The notes beneath the pieces were generated by a model. That model made no database searches. It saw nothing but the letters and a program-made list of their open reading frames with translations, and had not been told where the DNA came from. Below, piece by piece: positions 9,751-18,639 of a stretch of DNA of 61,835 bases. How positions within the stretch are numbered: position 1 is the stretch's first letter; each line of letters opens with the position of its first letter. This stretch comes from a virus (Duplodnaviria; Caudoviricetes). The stretch is taken from positions 1-61,835 of the IMG/VR virus record IMGVR_UViG_3300044816_000047, one strand, 5' to 3'. The position numbers and the translations under genes were made by a program.

Positions 9751-9906
9751 ATGACGACCAAGAACTCTAAATTTGAAAAAGCAGCGTCGAGCGCCGCAAC
9801 GAAGAGCAATACTACCCACGGCGCGGCAGCCAAGGCTGAGATGCGACAAATGGAGCGTGAAGCGGCGCAACAGAAGCGTCCGGCTCCGAAGCGCACGTCG
9901 AAGTAA
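9751..9906 (+). CDS. Basic microprotein, copy A (51 aa)
   Basis: SD ggag; MTTKNSKFEKAASSAATKSNTTHGAAAKAEMRQMEREAAQQKRPAPKRTSK; paralog at 28919-29062 differs almost only at synonymous sites in the 3' half. Confidence 0.85.
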   Translation: MTTKNSKFEKAASSAATKSNTTHGAAAKAEMRQMEREAAQQKRPAPKRTSK

Positions 9907-10025
9907 CGCCACAAGCCTTTCCAGTCGAAATGCTTGAACTGCTCGCACCGACGCTCTTCCGGGCGTTCGCCTTCGCTTGCGTATTCGGCGCGGCGTTGTG
10001 GCTTTTATTGCATTAGGAGAAACGG

Positions 10026-10652
10026 ATGCTCGACCTTCATGGCATTTCGCAGGAATCATTTGACCTTATCGTTGGGTTCGAGGTTTCCAGTCGTGCGGCT
10101 TACGAGAAAACCTATCGACGGCCGGAGAGGCCTGGAGGGGCGTCCGGCATCACGGTCGGTATAGGGTACGACTGCGGCTATAGCACCGCTGCTGTGATCC
10201 GGCAGGACTGGGCAGGCAAGATCCCCGACGCAATGGTGAACGTCCTTTGCAGTGTTGCTGGCCTTACCGGCGACCGCGCCCAGGCTCAGCTTGCCCGCGT
10301 CCGGCCGCTCGTTGACGTGCCGTGGGGCGCTGCGCTTGACGTTTTCAGCAACGTCTCGATTCCGAAGTATCTGCGATCGACGGTCGGGGGTCTCTCTAAC
10401 TTTGATGAACTGTCGCCAACCTGCAAGGGCGTTCTGCTGTCACTGGTTTACAATCGAGGGGCTTCCTTCTCTGCGACCGGCGACCGCTACCGCGAGATGC
10501 GGAATATCAGGGATCTGATGGCCGCTAAGAAGTTTGCCGGAATACCGGCTGAGCTTCGCAGCATGAAACGGCTTTGGACAACGCCTAGCGTTCGAGGCGT
10601 TGCCATCCGACGCGAGCAGGAAGCCCGCATGTTTGAACAGGGACTCGCTTAA
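10026..10652 (+). CDS. Endolysin (lysozyme-fold, GH24/pesticin-like)
   Basis: FE...PGGASGITVGIGYDCG, LLSLVYNRGAS, MKRLW...RREQEA; SD aggag; followed by holin-like genes. Confidence 0.8.
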   Translation: MLDLHGISQESFDLIVGFEVSSRAAYEKTYRRPERPGGASGITVGIGYDCGYSTAAVIRQDWAGKIPDAMVNVLCSVAGLTGDRAQAQLARVRPLVDVPWGAALDVFSNVSIPKYLRSTVGGLSNFDELSPTCKGVLLSLVYNRGASFSATGDRYREMRNIRDLMAAKKFAGIPAELRSMKRLWTTPSVRGVAIRREQEARMFEQGLA

Positions 10653-10680
10653 AATTTACCTCACTCAATTGGAGAATATT

Positions 10681-10992
10681 GTGGCTGTACCCTCTCAAGA
10701 TCAAGTCGTTGCTCAAATTCGCCTCATCATCCCGGCGCTTGGAATAATTGTCTCGGCATTCGGCATTTCGTCAACTTCGGTTGATCACTATTCGCAGGCA
10801 ATTCTGGTTGCTGCTGGTCCGATCGCTTATCTCATCACGGCCATCTGGTCGCTGTACGCAAATTCTCGCGCGTCGATCATGGCGTCTGCGGCAAAGCCCG
10901 TCGATGCGAATACTCCGGCGCCCCAGATTATCCTTCCCAAGGAGGAATCGGCTCTGGCCGCGACTCTTCCAGACAACGTTACAACCCAGTGA
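10681..10992 (+). CDS. Holin-like membrane protein
   Basis: Two TM segments directly after the endolysin; SD ggag before GTG. Confidence 0.6.
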   Translation: MAVPSQDQVVAQIRLIIPALGIIVSAFGISSTSVDHYSQAILVAAGPIAYLITAIWSLYANSRASIMASAAKPVDANTPAPQIILPKEESALAATLPDNVTTQ

Positions 10993-11003
10993 AAGGACCT
11001 CCC

Positions 11004-11453
11004 ATGCGCAAGATCATTCTTGCTCTAACGCTGACGCTCGCCCTCGGCGGCTGCGCCAGCTTGAATCAACTAGGCGAGAAGGTGCTTAACCTTCCGGCCG
11101 GATCGCTCACGACGACGATCAGCAATCCGGTTGCCCCGGTTAACATCTACCAGGCGAAAACGGTCTATGCCGCCACGCTGGAACTTGCGAACACTTACCG
11201 GGATTATTGCTACGGCAGACCATTCGCTGCGCTGATGGCCGATCCGGTAGCGAAGCCGGTCTGCAAGAGCCGCAGGAAGATCGTTCTTGCAATGCAGGCG
11301 GCAGACGACAAGGCGTTCGCCGCGATCAAAACGGCAGACAACTTTGTCCGCAGCAATCCAACTCTGGACGCTACCGGCGCGATCCGCGCGGCGATTGCGG
11401 CTGTGACTGAGTTCCAGAATATCGCAACCACAACTGCCAAATCCATCAACTAG
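11004..11453 (+). CDS. Lipoprotein of the lysis cassette (spanin-like)
   Basis: Signal peptide with lipobox LGG-C. Confidence 0.6.
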   Translation: MRKIILALTLTLALGGCASLNQLGEKVLNLPAGSLTTTISNPVAPVNIYQAKTVYAATLELANTYRDYCYGRPFAALMADPVAKPVCKSRRKIVLAMQAADDKAFAAIKTADNFVRSNPTLDATGAIRAAIAAVTEFQNIATTTAKSIN

Positions 11454-11464
11454 GAGCGACCACA

Positions 11465-11770
11465 ATGGCTGATTTCAAAAGTCTGCTCAGCGCAGTCACA
11501 ACCGCTCTTGGTGCCATCAGCGCTGCCGGTAATCTTCCGGGCGTAAATCTGATCCCATATGTCAGCACTGTCGCGAGCGCGGCAGGCCTCTTGCAGTTCG
11601 CCATCGAGAAGGGGATGAACGTAGCCGACGATATCGCGGCGCTCAAGGATACGTTCTCGAACGGCCTCCCGACGCAAGACAAGATCGACGCACTCGACGC
11701 TCGAATTGAGGCTCTGCGTACCAAACTACACGCGCCGCTTCCTCCGAAGGAAGATGGCGAGGACGAGTAA
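11465..11770 (+). CDS. Lysis-cassette hypothetical protein
   Basis: SD aggag; amphipathic helix plus coiled coil. Confidence 0.6.
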   Translation: MADFKSLLSAVTTALGAISAAGNLPGVNLIPYVSTVASAAGLLQFAIEKGMNVADDIAALKDTFSNGLPTQDKIDALDARIEALRTKLHAPLPPKEDGEDE

Positions 11771-11851
11771 ATCAGGAGGCTATTAGCGTTCGACTGTCTG
11801 GGAATGGTTCCTAGCGGACAAGGGTAAGAGGCTAGGAATGGGGAATGCCAA

Positions 11852-12118
11852 GTGGATATTTTACAGGAGTTCCTGAAGGCGTGGGGGCCTCCGGGTCTGA
11901 TCGCCGTGATCCTATGGATTTTTCTTTATAAGTCGGAGCGACGTGAGGAAAAAAAAGACGCCCGAATTCAGATGTTGGAAAATCAGCTTCGCGAAAGTTA
12001 CGACGAGAGGATAGAAGCGGCCGACAGAATAGGCGAAGCCATCCACGGCAGCGCTATTGCGGCTAACAACGCTGCGAGAGCGCTTGAAAGCCTAGCCGCG
12101 GAAGTCAGGTCAAAATGA
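11852..12118 (+). CDS. N-terminal TM coiled-coil protein
   Basis: TM followed by a coiled coil; coupled to the next ORF. Confidence 0.55.
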   Translation: MDILQEFLKAWGPPGLIAVILWIFLYKSERREEKKDARIQMLENQLRESYDERIEAADRIGEAIHGSAIAANNAARALESLAAEVRSK

Positions 12119-12321
12119 TGAACGCAATAGTGAACCAGTTCCGCAGGATTTATTCCGACTACGGGCAGAACGATAAAGACTTCACCGATCAGGAAACAAA
12201 GCTGCGTGAAGCCAGGACCAAACTTGCGAATGCAACACAAGAGTTGATCAAGTCGTCCATGCGATTGAACGATGTCGTTCTTGCTCACGGATTTGATCTT
12301 GATAAAGGTGAAATTCACTGA
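12115..12321 (+). CDS. Hypothetical protein
   Basis: ATGA overlap; co-oriented. Confidence 0.5.
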   Translation: MMNAIVNQFRRIYSDYGQNDKDFTDQETKLREARTKLANATQELIKSSMRLNDVVLAHGFDLDKGEIH

Positions 12322-12323
12322 CT

Positions 12324-12695
12324 ATGGGCAACAAGAGCGACTTAAACGTCTCCCTTAGAGAGCACTTCGAGGCACTGCTAGACGCCAATGATCGCCGCTA
12401 CGCCGAAGTAAACACAGAGCGCGAGAAGGCGCTAAAGATCAAGGAAACGGCAGACCTCGCAGCCCTCCAACTAGCGAGAGAGATTCAATCCTATAAGGAC
12501 GAAAAAGCCAACCAACTGCGCGAACAGATCAACAGCGAACGCGGGCTTTACGCGACCAACAAGGATATTGAACCCCTGAAGACCTACATGGCCGGGCAGA
12601 CCGGCCGCGGTCTCGGGATGAATGCGCTGTTCGGATGGGCCATGGCTATCCTGATGCTCGGCGTTGCTATAGCTGCCGTATATGTACGGCGCTAA
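12324..12695 (+). CDS. Coiled-coil protein with C-terminal TM
   Basis: SLREHFEALL...DRRY pattern; C-terminal TM. Confidence 0.6.
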   Translation: MGNKSDLNVSLREHFEALLDANDRRYAEVNTEREKALKIKETADLAALQLAREIQSYKDEKANQLREQINSERGLYATNKDIEPLKTYMAGQTGRGLGMNALFGWAMAILMLGVAIAAVYVRR

Positions 12696-12925
12696 CTGTG
12701 CCATCCGCTGTCTTCGAAGCCGAATGCCTCGCCACCACCAAGCTATCAGACGGCAACGAGATGGCCCTGATAATGCATGGCGGCGAAAGCGTCATAAGCA
12801 GTCTGCATCATTCGAGCGGGATACTGGTGCGCGGCAAGTTTTATCGCGTCACGTTCGAAGAAATTCCACCACCAATCACGGCGATGTCGCCATGAGCATC
12901 ACAAGCTAGAAGGAAATGGTTAGTC

Positions 12926-13354
12926 GTGACGGACGAAGAAAGACGAAGGAGGGCTGCGGAGCGGGCGCGTATCCAGCGAGCTAAAGACCCGGATAAGGCT
13001 CGGGCTAGTTGGCGAAAATGGGCTGCTGCTAATCCTGAAAAAGTCAAAAATGCGAAAAGGCGTAAGCAGAGTTCAGAATGGTCTGCGGCTCGACCTTGGA
13101 AACGTCGGGAATATAAATTTGGTCTGTCTCAAGAGGCTTTCGACGCCATACTTCAAACTCAGAAGTTTGTTTGCGCATCTTGTAAAACGGATTTGAGGGT
13201 TATCCAAAGTAAAAATGTTCACGTCGATCACTGCCATGCCACAAAACGAATACGCGGCATTCTTTGTCATTCCTGCAATACATCGCTTGGATTGATGAAG
13301 GAGGATTCGAATCTTCTTCTGGGACTTATCTCTTACATTGAGGGCTTCAAATGA
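12926..13354 (+). CDS. Endonuclease VII-family (HNH-type) nuclease
   Basis: CASC...HVDHCH...IRGILCHSCNTSLG; AT-richer than flanks. Confidence 0.85.
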   Translation: MTDEERRRRAAERARIQRAKDPDKARASWRKWAAANPEKVKNAKRRKQSSEWSAARPWKRREYKFGLSQEAFDAILQTQKFVCASCKTDLRVIQSKNVHVDHCHATKRIRGILCHSCNTSLGLMKEDSNLLLGLISYIEGFK

Positions 13355-13599
13355 CCGGATGTTTCTCGCTAGGCTGGATTGAACAGCTTTGTATCTGGCT
13401 GATTATGGTGATCGCACTAGTGGCGATTATCAAGTTGTTGGTGCCGTATCTCACTGGATTGATTGGTGTCCCGATCGTGGCCCAAATCATCAACATCGTA
13501 CTGTGGGCGGTCGTCGCCATTATGTGCGTCTATGTCATCTTTGCGCTCATCGCATGTTTGATCGGCTCCGGCGGTGGCCTGATGCACTTTCCCCGCTGA
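13351..13599 (+). CDS. Two-TM membrane protein
   Basis: Highly hydrophobic 82 aa; ATGA overlap. Confidence 0.6.
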   Translation: MTGCFSLGWIEQLCIWLIMVIALVAIIKLLVPYLTGLIGVPIVAQIINIVLWAVVAIMCVYVIFALIACLIGSGGGLMHFPR

Positions 13600-13664
13600 G
13601 TCTCAGGTCGATCCATTGCCACCAATGCCTCCGGCTCCGCCGAGCATTTGTAGAGGATGTTGAG

Positions 13665-14000
13665 ATGCAAAAGCGCTGGTATCACCATTTCATCCCGGAC
13701 TACGAGGTCCTATGCCGGATGGAATCTATCGAGAGAAAAATGGACCTTATCATCGAAAATCAGGAGAATATTATGGCTACACTCGACGAAGTTCTAAAAG
13801 ACGTGACCGATGAAGCGACGGCAATCGACGGCATCTCAACTCTGATTGCCGGACTGAAGCAGCAGCTTGCAGACGCGCTTTCTGGCGCAACGCTTCCCCC
13901 GGCCACGCAAGCCAAGGTGGACGCTATCTTCGCACAGGCGGAAGCCAACAAGGCGAAGATAGCGACGGCACTGGAGCCCAATCCTACCGCCACACCCTAA
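13665..14000 (+). CDS. Coiled-coil hypothetical protein
   Basis: MATLDEVLKDVTDEATAIDGI...; alternative start at 13773 with SD aggag. Confidence 0.6.
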   Translation: MQKRWYHHFIPDYEVLCRMESIERKMDLIIENQENIMATLDEVLKDVTDEATAIDGISTLIAGLKQQLADALSGATLPPATQAKVDAIFAQAEANKAKIATALEPNPTATP

Positions 14001-14060
14001 CCACTACCGGGCGCGAGCATCACCGCGCCCACTTTTCCTTCCATTGCATCACGAGGAAAC

Positions 14061-14558
14061 ATGCTCCGCATCATTCTAGCGGTCGCCGTGCTATGCGCGC
14101 TGACCATCAACGCCGAGGCCCGCAAGCGAACCATCGTGGTTGATCCTATGTGCAACATTACAATGCCATGCGAGGGTGTAACGACATCTCCCCGAGGCGA
14201 GCTGGTCGTCAAGGCCATGGGAGGTTTCGGGACCGCTCAGAAGGTCTATAAGCCGCGCGCTGAAGTCATCGGGGGCAGGCCAAGCGGTTGCCCCAGAGCG
14301 TTCTGCGGCTGCGGCGCAAGCCTTCAGGTATTCGGCAAGATCATCCCGGCTCTAAATCTGGCGGACAATTGGCTGCGTTTCCCTAGAGCTGCGCCAGCGC
14401 CGGGGATGGTTGCAGCTCGACACGGGCATGTGTTCGTTTTGAAAGAGCATCTGGGCGGCAATGTCTGGTTAGCACACGATAGTAATTCGGGCCGACACCT
14501 CACGCGCCTGCATCCTCGATCGATCGCAGGCTACTCAATCGTCAATCCTCATTCCTGA
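14061..14558 (+). CDS. Secreted CHAP/NlpC-like protein
   Basis: Signal peptide; GGRPSGCPRAFCGCGAS...HGHVFVL...HDSNSG (Cys/His dyad), a type I recall from Bradyrhizobium genomes. Confidence 0.6.
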   Translation: MLRIILAVAVLCALTINAEARKRTIVVDPMCNITMPCEGVTTSPRGELVVKAMGGFGTAQKVYKPRAEVIGGRPSGCPRAFCGCGASLQVFGKIIPALNLADNWLRFPRAAPAPGMVAARHGHVFVLKEHLGGNVWLAHDSNSGRHLTRLHPRSIAGYSIVNPHS

Positions 14559-14643
14559 ATCCGCCGGGGATGCCTTCTCCTGCGGTAGTTGAGCCGAGTT
14601 CTTAGCCACTCTGTTCAATGCCCTCCCTAGCCTTGGGCCGCGC

Positions 14644-16692
14644 TCATTCCTTCGGGAGTGGCGCGGCCTCTTTTTCTTTAGGAGGAAACAGGTAGTGAAA
14701 CATCTTCAGAGCCGGTTCTATATCACCCGGAAGTTTGCGGAGTTCCTGTTCAAACTCTTCCGGGGTGAGCGCCCGAGCAATTGGCTTCTGTTCTGGCATT
14801 AGTTTCATTCCTGTTTTATGACGGTTTAGCCCACGGCTCCCATTCCTCAAAGAACATGAAGCCGCATTGAGAACAGCGCGATCCAATCCAGCCGAAGCCC
14901 TTGTGCGGCACTTTCAAGGCTTCGTGTTCGGCCTCGCATACCCGCCGTTCGTCCAGCCGTTGTTGTAACTGTTCATCGGTCATTGTGTCGCTGCTCAAAA
15001 CCTCGGTCCCAACCACCAGCGCCGCAACTTGCGGCGAAGCCTATCGAAAATTGTAAACACCATAGCTGCTGTTCCTGCTCAAGAACGCTGTAGTGCGACA
15101 ATATTGTCCATCCGAATAACAGCCAAAGCGGCCTTCGCCTGCTTAGTCCATTCCTTGTTTTCGGCTATTTCGTAAATGTCCGCATATCTCATCCCGTGTT
15201 CCTTGTGCAGATACTCGACCAAAGCCATGCCGGCGCCGCACCAATAGCTTTCTTTGGCGCGCAGGCGGTTATAATCGTCGAACACCTTTTGGATTTCCTC
15301 GTCGGTCATGCGTGGCATGTGCTATCCTCGGTCAGGATCGGATACGCTTCAAATCTTCAGCGTAGTTATCGACTGTGCTTGAATTGTACACATGGTCTGC
15401 GACATCCGCCGCCCATTCAGAGGCCTCTTCAAATGTCGGGAACGTCCGGTTAGGCACGCCACCCCCAAAGGACACCTCAAAACCTTTCAGGGTATCGGGG
15501 TTGCCCTCGGTGTACTCCGCTGAAATTACTGCAATCGTTTGGTCACTGCTCGGCATCAGCTTGCTCCATTCGTTACCGGGTGACTATGCAGTGGGTGGGA
15601 GTTCACGGCGGTCCCTGCATAGCCATCTGCCCATCCGCCGTAGTCCGAGGGCGTCAACTTTCGCTACTGATGAATGGTTAGGTGGTGCATCGCCTAATCA
15701 TTTTTCACTTTTTGGATACTGACCTTCAGCATCTCGCTGCGCCCATCCGCCGAGATCAGGGCGAAATTCCCAAAAGTCAGAGTTGACAGCCAGCACCCCC
15801 AAAATATCGAAATCCCTTTTCGCCGTCGCCGTTCTAATCAGGTAGCGCCCATCCGGTAGAACCTCGGCGGGAACGTGTCGGCGCCTGTCTCTTCCGAAAC
15901 CGCCGATGGTTTCTGGCGGTTCTGGCAGAAGCGTTGCTTTATTGCGTTCTCCGGTCATCGTGCCTATCCCTCTCCGTCACCCTTTGCCCGCCGCGCTTTA
16001 GGATTCCGCTCGTGATAATCAAAGGAGCACGGCCCTCCTGCAAGTTTGCACTCCATCATACGCTGCTTTGTTGGTTCTGGGCCTGTGCCGGGGTCGCAAG
16101 GACAAGACGGCATCCGCTCAAATGGCATATTGACAATATCTTCGCTCATGTTCCGTCTCCATTCGTCAAAGCGCTACTCATTACCGCGATTGTCTCCGCA
16201 ATCTTCTGGACAAGATCAGAAGCGGCCACGGGATCGACGGCGAGGTTGTTATCTCGGCACCAATTCCGAAAAATCTTGCGCCCGATTTCAATGTCTTGCC
16301 TGGTCGGTTTGGGAGGCATCAGAGGTTCCTACTGATGACGGTTGATGCGCTTCAGGTGGTCAATGATCGGTTGGGCTCGCTCTTGGGCCGTGTGCTGTCG
16401 CCAAAGTTTCAAGCCGGCACGCTTAACCAGCACTTCGCGGCCATCCAACTCCACAATTTTGCAGTATGCCCCGGCATCATGGTTATAGCCGAGGCTTTCC
16501 ACTACCTTGCAGAAGGCCAGTCGCCCATCATCACGGATCACATTTATCTTGCCGCTCATGCCGCGCCCTTTCCGTCACCCTTTGTGGCTACTGAATAGTG
16601 ATGTGGCCGGCGAGTATCCAGACCGCGAAGGCGGCGCATATTCCGAGATAAATTTTTACTGCCGGGTTCAATCTGATCCACCAGTTTCTCAT
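14644..16692 (-). CDS. Cluster of ~9 small accessory ORFs distal to the candidate attP (e.g. 15079-15318, 15332-15556, 15698-15958, 15964-16149, 16146-16319, 16329-16559)
   Basis: Tightly packed minus-strand ORFs with SD motifs; no recognisable domains. Confidence 0.5.
15672..15705. terminator. Hairpin terminator (possibly bidirectional)
   Basis: aatggttaggtg-gtgcat-cgcctaatcatt followed by a T run. Confidence 0.45.
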
Positions 16693-16721
16693 GGGGTCTC
16701 TCCGTTGCCCTTTGGGAATGG

Positions 16722-17342
16722 TTATGCCGCCAAAATTTGTTGTAGTTCGCGCGTTGTGGCGGCCATGCAGACTACCAGTAGCGGCGGCGGGTCCGGTCGG
16801 TTCAAGTTCTCTATTTGCTCGATCAGAAGGCTCGCCCGGAATGTAATCGCAAAATTGCCCATGTGCTTCGTCCGAAGCGCGATCAGAGGCGGGATAAGTG
16901 GGTTGACCTGATTTTTCTTTTCGGCGCGCGGCGGCATCATCGCTGCTTTCGCCCCGATCTTCTTGGCTCGTCGGATGAAGGCCAACAGATCCGGCTCGGG
17001 CCGGAACATCTCGGCGCCATCAATTCGGAGGTGGGAGAAGCGATGATGGGTTTCAAACTCTCCGGCCACCGATCCCGGAACTATCGCCAGAATCTTTAGA
17101 TCCGGCCACGTTTTCCGGTGCTGTCTGATCCTTGTCCTTGGCTTGGCAGTCATGCCGATTTTAATGCGGTCTCCCAAATGAAGGAAGTAAGTCCACCCAT
17201 GAACATCCGGGGAACGCTCCCGTGTCAGTTCTGTGTCACTTTTCGCGGGTGTTCCCGCATCGTTCACGCCAAACTGGCACGAACCTGCAAGCTCCGAATT
17301 GTCAGAAGTGCCGGTATTTGTTGGTTTAGTTGGATTTTTCAT
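16722..17342 (-). CDS. GIY-YIG / T5orf172-like nuclease (true start probably near 17200)
   Basis: TYFLHLGDRIKIGMT..PRTRI...E..THHRFSHLR..GAEMF. Confidence 0.7.
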   Translation of the reverse strand: MKNPTKPTNTGTSDNSELAGSCQFGVNDAGTPAKSDTELTRERSPDVHGWTYFLHLGDRIKIGMTAKPRTRIRQHRKTWPDLKILAIVPGSVAGEFETHHRFSHLRIDGAEMFRPEPDLLAFIRRAKKIGAKAAMMPPRAEKKNQVNPLIPPLIALRTKHMGNFAITFRASLLIEQIENLNRPDPPPLLVVCMAATTRELQQILAA

Positions 17343-17447
17343 AATAAGTCGCGGCCCTCGTCAGGGGTGAAGATATGGGTTAAGAAGCCCTTATTTTACG
17401 GGCACTTCTTGCATTTGGTTTAGTCGGCTGTGTCAGATTTGTGCCAG
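17221..17447. other. Candidate attP with integrase arm-type repeats
   Basis: Paired YGTGYCA(G/C) repeats 11 bp apart at 17221/17232 and 17429/17440, an inverted copy at 17274-17281, AT-richer centre, at the integrase 3' end. Confidence 0.5.
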
Positions 17448-18384
17448 AAATCAGATCCGGCAGCGTCTTGTCCTCGTTAGCGTGTCCGTAGGTCTCCAGA
17501 ACGTGTCGGGCGCTCTTCCAGCCGCCCAGCTTGGCAATGGTCACAACGTCCACCCCGCGGTGCAAGAGTGCCGTAGCGAAGCCGTGGCGGCAGCTATGGA
17601 AGGTCAGGCGATCAATCTTGGCCCGTCGAACAACTGCATCCCAGACGCGGTAGCAGTTCGAGCGAGAGGTATAGAGGAAGACCGGACGATCCTTGATCTT
17701 CTCGATGTTCGCCAGCGCGACGACGAGGGGCTGCGGAAGATGCGCCCGCCGCTCGGCGCCGATCTTGGTCTGTCGGATCAGGACAGTCTTGGCCTTGAAG
17801 TCGATATCCTCCCAGCGGACCCGTAGCGCTTCAGTCACGCGGGCGCCTGTCAGGAACATGAACAAGGCCAGTCCGCCAAGGTGCGGTGTCGAGTGCTTGG
17901 CGAAGGCTTGGCACCATTCGAGGGTTGCAGGCAGTTTGCTTTTGGTTTCGACCTTGAACCGCTTCACGCGGATGCGCGGGCACATCTCGGATTCCGCGGC
18001 GTGGTTGATGATTGCCTGCATCGGGACAATGGCTTGTCGATTGCGGGTGGCCGCTGCCCCGTTCGGGTAAAGCGTCCGGGCCGCCGTCTGGATAGCGCCT
18101 GGGGTAATGTCCCGCACCAAAGTATCCTTCCAGTAGTCCTCTAACCGCTCCAGAAACCGCATCGGCTTCTTGGCAGCGCGGTACGCAATCGACGCCTGCG
18201 CGAACGTCAGGACCGCCGCGGGGCCATTGACACGACGTTTCCACGCTTTGTCCGCAATCTGGGCAGCGATTTCTGCGGCTCTTTCTTTGACCGCTGTGCC
18301 CGTAGAGCCGCGTAATCGCCCGACACCGGGAATTGTGCCCCGGTAGTGGAAGACGCCACCTCGCTTGTAGATTTTAAGGGACAT
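17380..18384 (-). CDS. int: Tyrosine integrase
   Basis: TGARVTEAL (R), K, FHSCRHGFAT (HxxR), LGGW, TYGH catalytic set. Confidence 0.95.
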   Translation of the reverse strand: MSLKIYKRGGVFHYRGTIPGVGRLRGSTGTAVKERAAEIAAQIADKAWKRRVNGPAAVLTFAQASIAYRAAKKPMRFLERLEDYWKDTLVRDITPGAIQTAARTLYPNGAAATRNRQAIVPMQAIINHAAESEMCPRIRVKRFKVETKSKLPATLEWCQAFAKHSTPHLGGLALFMFLTGARVTEALRVRWEDIDFKAKTVLIRQTKIGAERRAHLPQPLVVALANIEKIKDRPVFLYTSRSNCYRVWDAVVRRAKIDRLTFHSCRHGFATALLHRGVDVVTIAKLGGWKSARHVLETYGHANEDKTLPDLISGTNLTQPTKPNARSARKIRAS

Positions 18385-18551
18385 GGCCGGCTCGCTTCCA
18401 AAATGGCGTCAACATCGGCTTTGGTAAGAGTCATACGATTACCCAAAACCCGGCACGCGCCAAGGCGTCTGGCGAGGTCGCGCACACGTCTTTCTGACCA
18501 TCCCATGTGCTGGGCGAGGGCTTCCGGAGTAGTGGTTTCTGGCAATGTCAT
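18207..18551 (-). CDS. xis: Excisionase-like HTH protein
   Basis: TPEALAQHMGWSERRVRDLAR HTH; overlaps the integrase start. Confidence 0.65.
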   Translation of the reverse strand: MTLPETTTPEALAQHMGWSERRVRDLARRLGACRVLGNRMTLTKADVDAILEASRPCPLKSTSEVASSTTGAQFPVSGDYAALRAQRSKKEPQKSLPRLRTKRGNVVSMAPRRS

Positions 18552-18639
18552 AACGCTAATCTACGCCTTCAAATCAGGTTGGCTAGTGGGCCGGTGCACG
18601 ACTCCGCAGTCCTAGGTCGCGACTGAACAAAAAATATTT

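Noticed and set aside
9811-9906. The 9.8 kb / 28.9 kb inverted repeat as invertible-segment ends or HK022 put-like RNA
   Set aside because: Differences fall almost only on third codon positions, pointing to protein-level selection; no invertase is present.
17355-17372. Possible tRNA anticodon-arm fragment as att core
   Set aside because: The stem is incomplete and there is no T-arm or acceptor sequence; I found no tRNA gene in the window.
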